Positions 59,092 to 64,000 of a DNA stretch of 64,000 bases are shown one piece after another; positions within the stretch are counted from its first letter, which is position 1; the number at the start of each line of letters is the position of its first letter. The position numbers and the translations under genes are program-made. A model generated the notes under the pieces. It did no database searches. It had not been told where the DNA came from and saw nothing but the letters and a program-made list of their open reading frames with translations. Source of the stretch: Giardia intestinalis. Lineage: Eukaryota. The DNA lies in NCBI GenBank assembly GCA_000002435.2, contig CM018793.1. One strand, written 5' to 3'.

Positions 59092-59696
59092 CAACTGAAC
59101 GAATCCATCCCTGGGACCCGACGACAACGACCGAGAGGGGGCGCAAGACTGGACACACAACCGAGTTGAATCCCAACCAGAAGAGAAAGCCCTGATAGCT
59201 GCTGCCGATCTGTATGGACAGTATTGAGGATGACAACAAAGACCAGAGCTTCACCTACTATGAAGAGAGACCAAGGAGAGGCACCCTAGTAGACCAGCGA
59301 GCCTGCAAGACGGCCTGATCTCCAAAAGGACCTATGTGCACACCTAGATCGAGCACACACCCGCAGAACAGCCGAGGAACGCAATAGCTCCTCCCTACCA
59401 CCACTGTGGTCTTTATATTGATACACGACCAACCCTCGTCTCTGGACATCGCCAAAAATTGAGCGGGAATTTACTCGCGAGATTTGCGGACAGCGCCCGC
59501 AGGCGAGGGCCCCAGCAGCACACCACTGGAAGCAACCGGTGGGTGGAGTAAATGACTAGTTGCTTTTTACGCGTTGCTTCTGGATGTGCGGGTCTCCAGT
59601 GTGTGCAGCACGCACTCTGCAACTGGCTAGTGTGTCCGGCCACAGGCGGTCATTTTTACCCTACACGGGGAAACATCAGCAATTAAAAATCTACTA

Positions 59697-62094
59697 ATGC
59701 TGGTATTATTGTTCTTCAACATGTTTTCTAACAATCTGATACCTCAGACAGACGACAGGTCTACTCTAGACAGGAGTACCTACTATGTTGCCTGTGAGGA
59801 GGACCAATCTGATTGTGTGGAAAATAAGTGCGTTATATTCGCTCACGAGAGGCCTCTATGTACCGAATGCAAGTCTGGAAAAATCCCTATCGACGGAGAG
59901 TGTGTCGACGCCAACAGTGTGCCAGGGACAACTGTGTGTGAACAAGAAAATGTTAACGGCGGTGGAACACGCTGTAAGTCATGTTCTAGTGGAAATGGAA
60001 GTAGGAATACTAGTGACGGTGTAGGTTATTTTCTATTTTACGGGGGCTGCTACAATAATGATGAGTGGCCTGGCACAGACATCTGCAAGACCGTTTCAAA
60101 CGGGGTGTGCACAGTTTGTGATACTGAGTATGGGGCCGTTTTTACAAATTTAGATACTACCACCGATGAAAGGTGTATCCTATGTAGTGATACACTATCC
60201 GGAATGGAAGGCTGTGCGACTTGTGTGTCCCTTCCTCAGAATCCTGCGCCAGATAATGCAAAGGGCGCCGCCAATCTCCAATGTACTTCCTGCTTAGATG
60301 AGACCAAAGCCCCAATCGATGGAGTATGCGCAACCTTTGGCTCTAACAGGTGCAGAAATGGATACTGTACTCATTGTGTAGTTGGTTATATTTATCATAG
60401 GGGCGGGTGCTATAGTAATAACAAGGAGGGAACTAAAATATGTGCTGAGGTCAACCAAATAGAGATAGGTGGCTATTCTGCTTGTAAGCAGTGTACCAAC
60501 ACTAGTGAGGCCCCACACAATGGAAACTGTAGGCAGGTAAGTATTTTACATAGCTGCAGAAAAGATAGTTCAACCGGAATGTGCGAAGCTTGCAACCAGC
60601 ATTTCTATGGCCGCCCTATCTTCCTGTACAAAGGCGGCTGCTACGTCATCACTGACCCCCTTGGAGACACCATATGCAAAAAGACGTTCAACGGTAAATG
60701 TACTATTTGTAATGGGGACCAAGGATACTTCATGAAGGATTCGACATGTACTAGATGCGATGAGTTTGTCCCTGGTTGCGCTGTGTGCACCCCTAGCCCT
60801 GATGCCTCCAGTGCTCCTGTGTGTGCCAGCTGCAGGGCCGGTAAATATGCAACCGTAGACGGTGCTTCCTGCGTCGACTCATGTCCATCGGGTAGCTCAG
60901 GTAGCTGCGATAAAAGTAATGTCTGTAGCTGTAAGTGCAGTACAGGAACCTACTTGGATGCCGCCACAAATACATGTAGCGCATGCAATTCAGCTTGCGC
61001 AGACTGTATAGGCCCTGAACCCGATAAGTGTACATCGTGTGCTTCAGGAAAATATCTCAAGCGCGATGCATCTGGTGCCATTGAATGTATAGATTCTGTT
61101 GACTGTGGTGAGGGGTATTATGCAGATAGTGCTACCAACACTTGTTCTTCGTGTGGTATTGACAAGTGCCAGACGTGTGCTTCTGATAGTGGTGTGGTCA
61201 AGTGTATGAAGTGCCTTTCTGGGTATCTTTCCATCGATAGCCTTTCATGTCAGTCCCAGTGTGATGGACCAAATCAGCAAGGACATGCCAATGGCAAATC
61301 CGTTTGCGAATGCATTGCAGGGGCTTATCTGGAGGGCTGTGTCCAGTGCGACTCAGCACGCCTGGAGTGGGTCCAGGGTCTGATCACTGCACAAGTGCTC
61401 CTCGGGAAAGTACACCAAGATGAATGGTTCTGACACGGCCACATGTGTCGACGCGTCTGGCTGTGGCGATGGATACTATGCGGATCCAGAAGAGCTCCAG
61501 TGTGCCACATGTGGAATTGAGAGCTGTCAAGCATGCACTCCTAAGGACAACGACCTCGTGTGCACACGGTGCTCCCCCGGACTTGTCTCCGTCGATGGTT
61601 TCTCGTGCCCACTCACATGCACGGAGCTGAGTCAGAGAGAGGAGGATGGAAGGTGCGTCTGTGCAGAGGGCTTCGAGCCCAGCAGTGACGGCGCATGCAT
61701 CGTTAAGAACACCTGTCCATCAGACGCCACAGGGTGCTCGAGCTGCAGCGCAAGTGGCGAGTGCCTCTCATGTGCGGACAGCAATCACAACGTCCAGCCG
61801 AGCAAGAGATCCTGCGCTTCAGGCTGTCCAAGCGGATCAGAATCAGTCGGCTCTCTCTGCATATGCATGGAGGGGTACACCCTCAGGGGTGACACATGCG
61901 TCTCTCAGACCAGGAAGGCCAGTTCCAGCTCCACGACGATCATCGTGGCAGTCGTTGTCTCTCTTCTCATCATAGCGGCTGTCGCCCTCACATGTTGGTT
62001 CGTCCTGCGGAGGCGGAGAGAATCGAGGGCAGCTTTGAAGAAAAGGGTGATAGCTGAGAATATGAAGCTCATGGGGACGGTGGACGAGTTCTAG
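59697..62094 (+). pseudogene. High-cysteine membrane protein gene disrupted by a frameshift near 61360-61400. It may be a pseudogene or an assembly error.
   Basis: ORF 59697-61433 (frame 0: GYFLFYGGCY, many CXXC) terminates after out-of-pattern residues (...CVQCDSARLEWVQGLITAQVLLGKVHQDEWF*). ORF 61420-62094 (frame 1) continues the Cys pattern and carries the TM (TIIVAVVVSLLIIAAVALTCWFVL) plus a charged tail. An intermediate frame reads GSDHCTSA, which is consistent with at least one 1-nt indel. Confidence 0.65.
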
Positions 62095-62403
62095 CTCTGT
62101 GGCCGTGCAGACTGTAGCTCATAACGAGTGAATGCTCAGTGATCCATTCTGAGCCCGCACCCTTCAGGCTGGCGCTTGGCTCCTCGTTAGTTTCCATCCT
62201 GGGCTGTGACTCAACCAGACTCTGCTCTGAGGCATGACCTACTTGGTTCACCGAGGCGAGTCACGTCACTGGACACCCTCGCCCTCTTACCCAATTGGCT
62301 CCAACGATTAGATGCCGCAATTCAGCAGAAGGGGAAACGCGATAGAGAAGCCGGAATTTAGTCTTTGCAGCTGCAGCCAAACACACTGCACAGAGTGAGC
62401 GTC

Positions 62404-62700
62404 GACATGATCTCGTACTGGATGACGGAGCATCTGCAAGAGCGCCCTGCGATCCATGAGCAGAGGGCCGGGCCTCTTCCCCGACACAACACATGGGAGC
62501 TGTCCGCCGGCATCCACGAACGCGTACTCTAACTCCAAGATAGAGGTGTACGGGGAGCGCACCCTCCCGATCATACTCGGGATCGACGGTATAATCTATG
62601 AGAAGACGAAGAGGCACCTCGAGGAACGGGGTAGACACCCGAGGTCGTGGCGTATCCTATCTTCGTCACGGAACACCAGGGCCACGAAGCAATCCTGAAG
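62404..62700 (+). repeat. Copy B of the same dispersed repeat, lying 3' of the second HCMP.
   Basis: See copy A. Similarity is concentrated over 62556-62620 versus 58868-58950. Confidence 0.35.
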
Positions 62701-64000
62701 TACATGGCCAGAGTCAATTGCTCTGAGACCAGACTGCTGTGACCGACGGCAGGCCCGAGACAACGGGTGTTCACTAGATATCAGACGATGGTTGACTCCG
62801 ACGGACCAAAGGAAGAGAAGTTCTAGAAGACACTGCGAGGAGCGGCAGCGAGTTTCTAAGGAAACAGAATATGAACTTTTCTTCTCCCACCAAGATCTGA
62901 GGACATCCAAATTCCAGATTCTGGATCCTGGGTTTCAAGTCTTGAATTCTGGACTTTGTTAAAAGTGAGTGGGAGGCCTGCTTGCCCAGAGCGGCGGTGA
63001 CTCACACTGGGGGTTTACTCGGACAATCAGTAAGCTAACTCCGGTGTTTCCCTTCTGGTAAGCTCCTAACATCCGACAGAACAGGACCACAGGCTCCTGT
63101 GTCGCCGCAGTACGTGTCTGTTTCCTTCACCAGGTGATCTTACTCTCGCAAATGACTCTGCCACCGGCTCTGTCGTCTTGAAAGAGTCTATACTGCAGAA
63201 CTTCCCGTGAACTGTTTCTATGCAGATTAGAAATCTTACGTGCTTACCAACGTAGGGATCCAATAACATGGCGCCATGCTCACAGTCCCAGGGTCACCAG
63301 ACAATGGAGCACGGGGCTGAGAAACTCAGATTGCAGCAGTCCAGCTCTTGAGAATCCCTGCATATATTAGGACAGAGTGACTGGGCTAGCACACAGTGAC
63401 ATATTGAACCAGCCAGAGAGGCAAACAATCTCCTCTCATGTAAGACCCCTGTATATCTAGGGCGCCCGGACCATCCGAACTCATAGGCATGCATCCAGTT
63501 CAATATCGGCAATCTAAGCACTGATGGACCGGTTGTGAAGCAGAGCCAGTGCCGACCCCAAGAGCTCAACTGCTCTGGGATAGAGCGTCGTATATGAGCT
63601 TGGTTACCATGAAATGTGTAGTCAGAGCCTGCCACTAGCTATAACTATTGTTTTACCTCAGCTGGTTGTGGAGTCTTCACGAAGCTCGATGCACACCCGA
63701 TCTGCTAAACTAATGAAAAGTAATTACTATGCCCTTGTTGAGATGTGATACGTTGAAATGCTTGTGTACTATAGATAATACCATATCAAGAGCTATGACA
63801 CCATCCATTGATCTACAAGAGGACGATTACATGACTGGCACAAATCTCAACTTCGCCAAATTGCTTAACCTAAAACACAAAACGCGGTGAGAAGAGAAAT
63901 ACTTTGCAGAATAATGGCGTTTAATGTTTCTATTAATTAGACACGTCATATGAATAGTTAAAAGTCAGCCTAAATTGCCACGTTCTTAAGGATTTATCTT

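Noticed and set aside
1-64000. Prokaryotic-style systems (CRISPR arrays, operons, restriction-modification or toxin-antitoxin loci, IS elements) and tRNA or rRNA genes
   Set aside because: Gene content and signals are unambiguously eukaryotic and diplomonad. There are no direct-repeat/spacer arrays. I could not recognise a tRNA cloverleaf (GTTCGAATC-type T-arm) or rDNA by eye.

Overview
This window is eukaryotic nuclear DNA, and it has the hallmarks of a Giardia intestinalis (G. lamblia) chromosome. One cysteine-rich CXXC/GGCY gene ends ...WWFICRGKA* and is followed by the vsp-type ACTTAGGTAGTAAAC 3' motif. There are high-cysteine membrane proteins (HCMP) with a TM and a short cytoplasmic tail, and NEK-like kinases fused to long ankyrin arrays. 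Genes are intron-less and tightly packed, with A/T-rich initiator elements directly before each ATG and AGTRAAY poly(A) signals at stop codons. No prokaryotic features (CRISPR, operons, IS elements) are present. The supplied ORF track accepts TTG/GTG/CTG starts, so I trimmed calls to the first plausible ATG that has an A-rich upstream element. Many overlapping six-frame ORFs in the GC-rich VSP/HCMP blocks are composition artefacts. The window holds about 40 genes. Housekeeping and cell-biology genes include MSH2 (3' partial), ICMT, eIF3i, V-ATPase subunit D, a Pcc1-like protein, a nucleoside hydrolase, an MFS transporter, RPL24, RPL35, RPS17 and a CAMK-like kinase. Several flagellar or cytoskeletal genes are present: CFAP298, DNALI1/p28, DRC1, a CKK-domain coiled-coil protein and leucine-rich-repeat proteins. 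Two antigenic-variation loci occupy roughly 19.6-22.1 kb and 50.3-62.1 kb. The first is a multiply frameshifted VSP pseudogene. The second holds an intact-bodied VSP whose expected initiator is CTG, a 1685-aa HCMP, and a second HCMP broken by a frameshift. Both loci are flanked by unusually long non-coding DNA, and a repeated element of unknown family lies downstream of each HCMP. The observations I rate highest are a divergent gene pair only 13 bp apart that encodes an FG-repeat protein and a stand-alone Nup98-type autoproteolytic domain ending at the canonical cleavage Phe, and an uncharacterised protein with about 8-10 copies of a ~50-aa module marked by C[TS]F[KHRQ]P.[IL]. The CKK-domain protein, a catalytically dead NEK-ankyrin kinase and the CTG-initiated VSP are also worth a second look.
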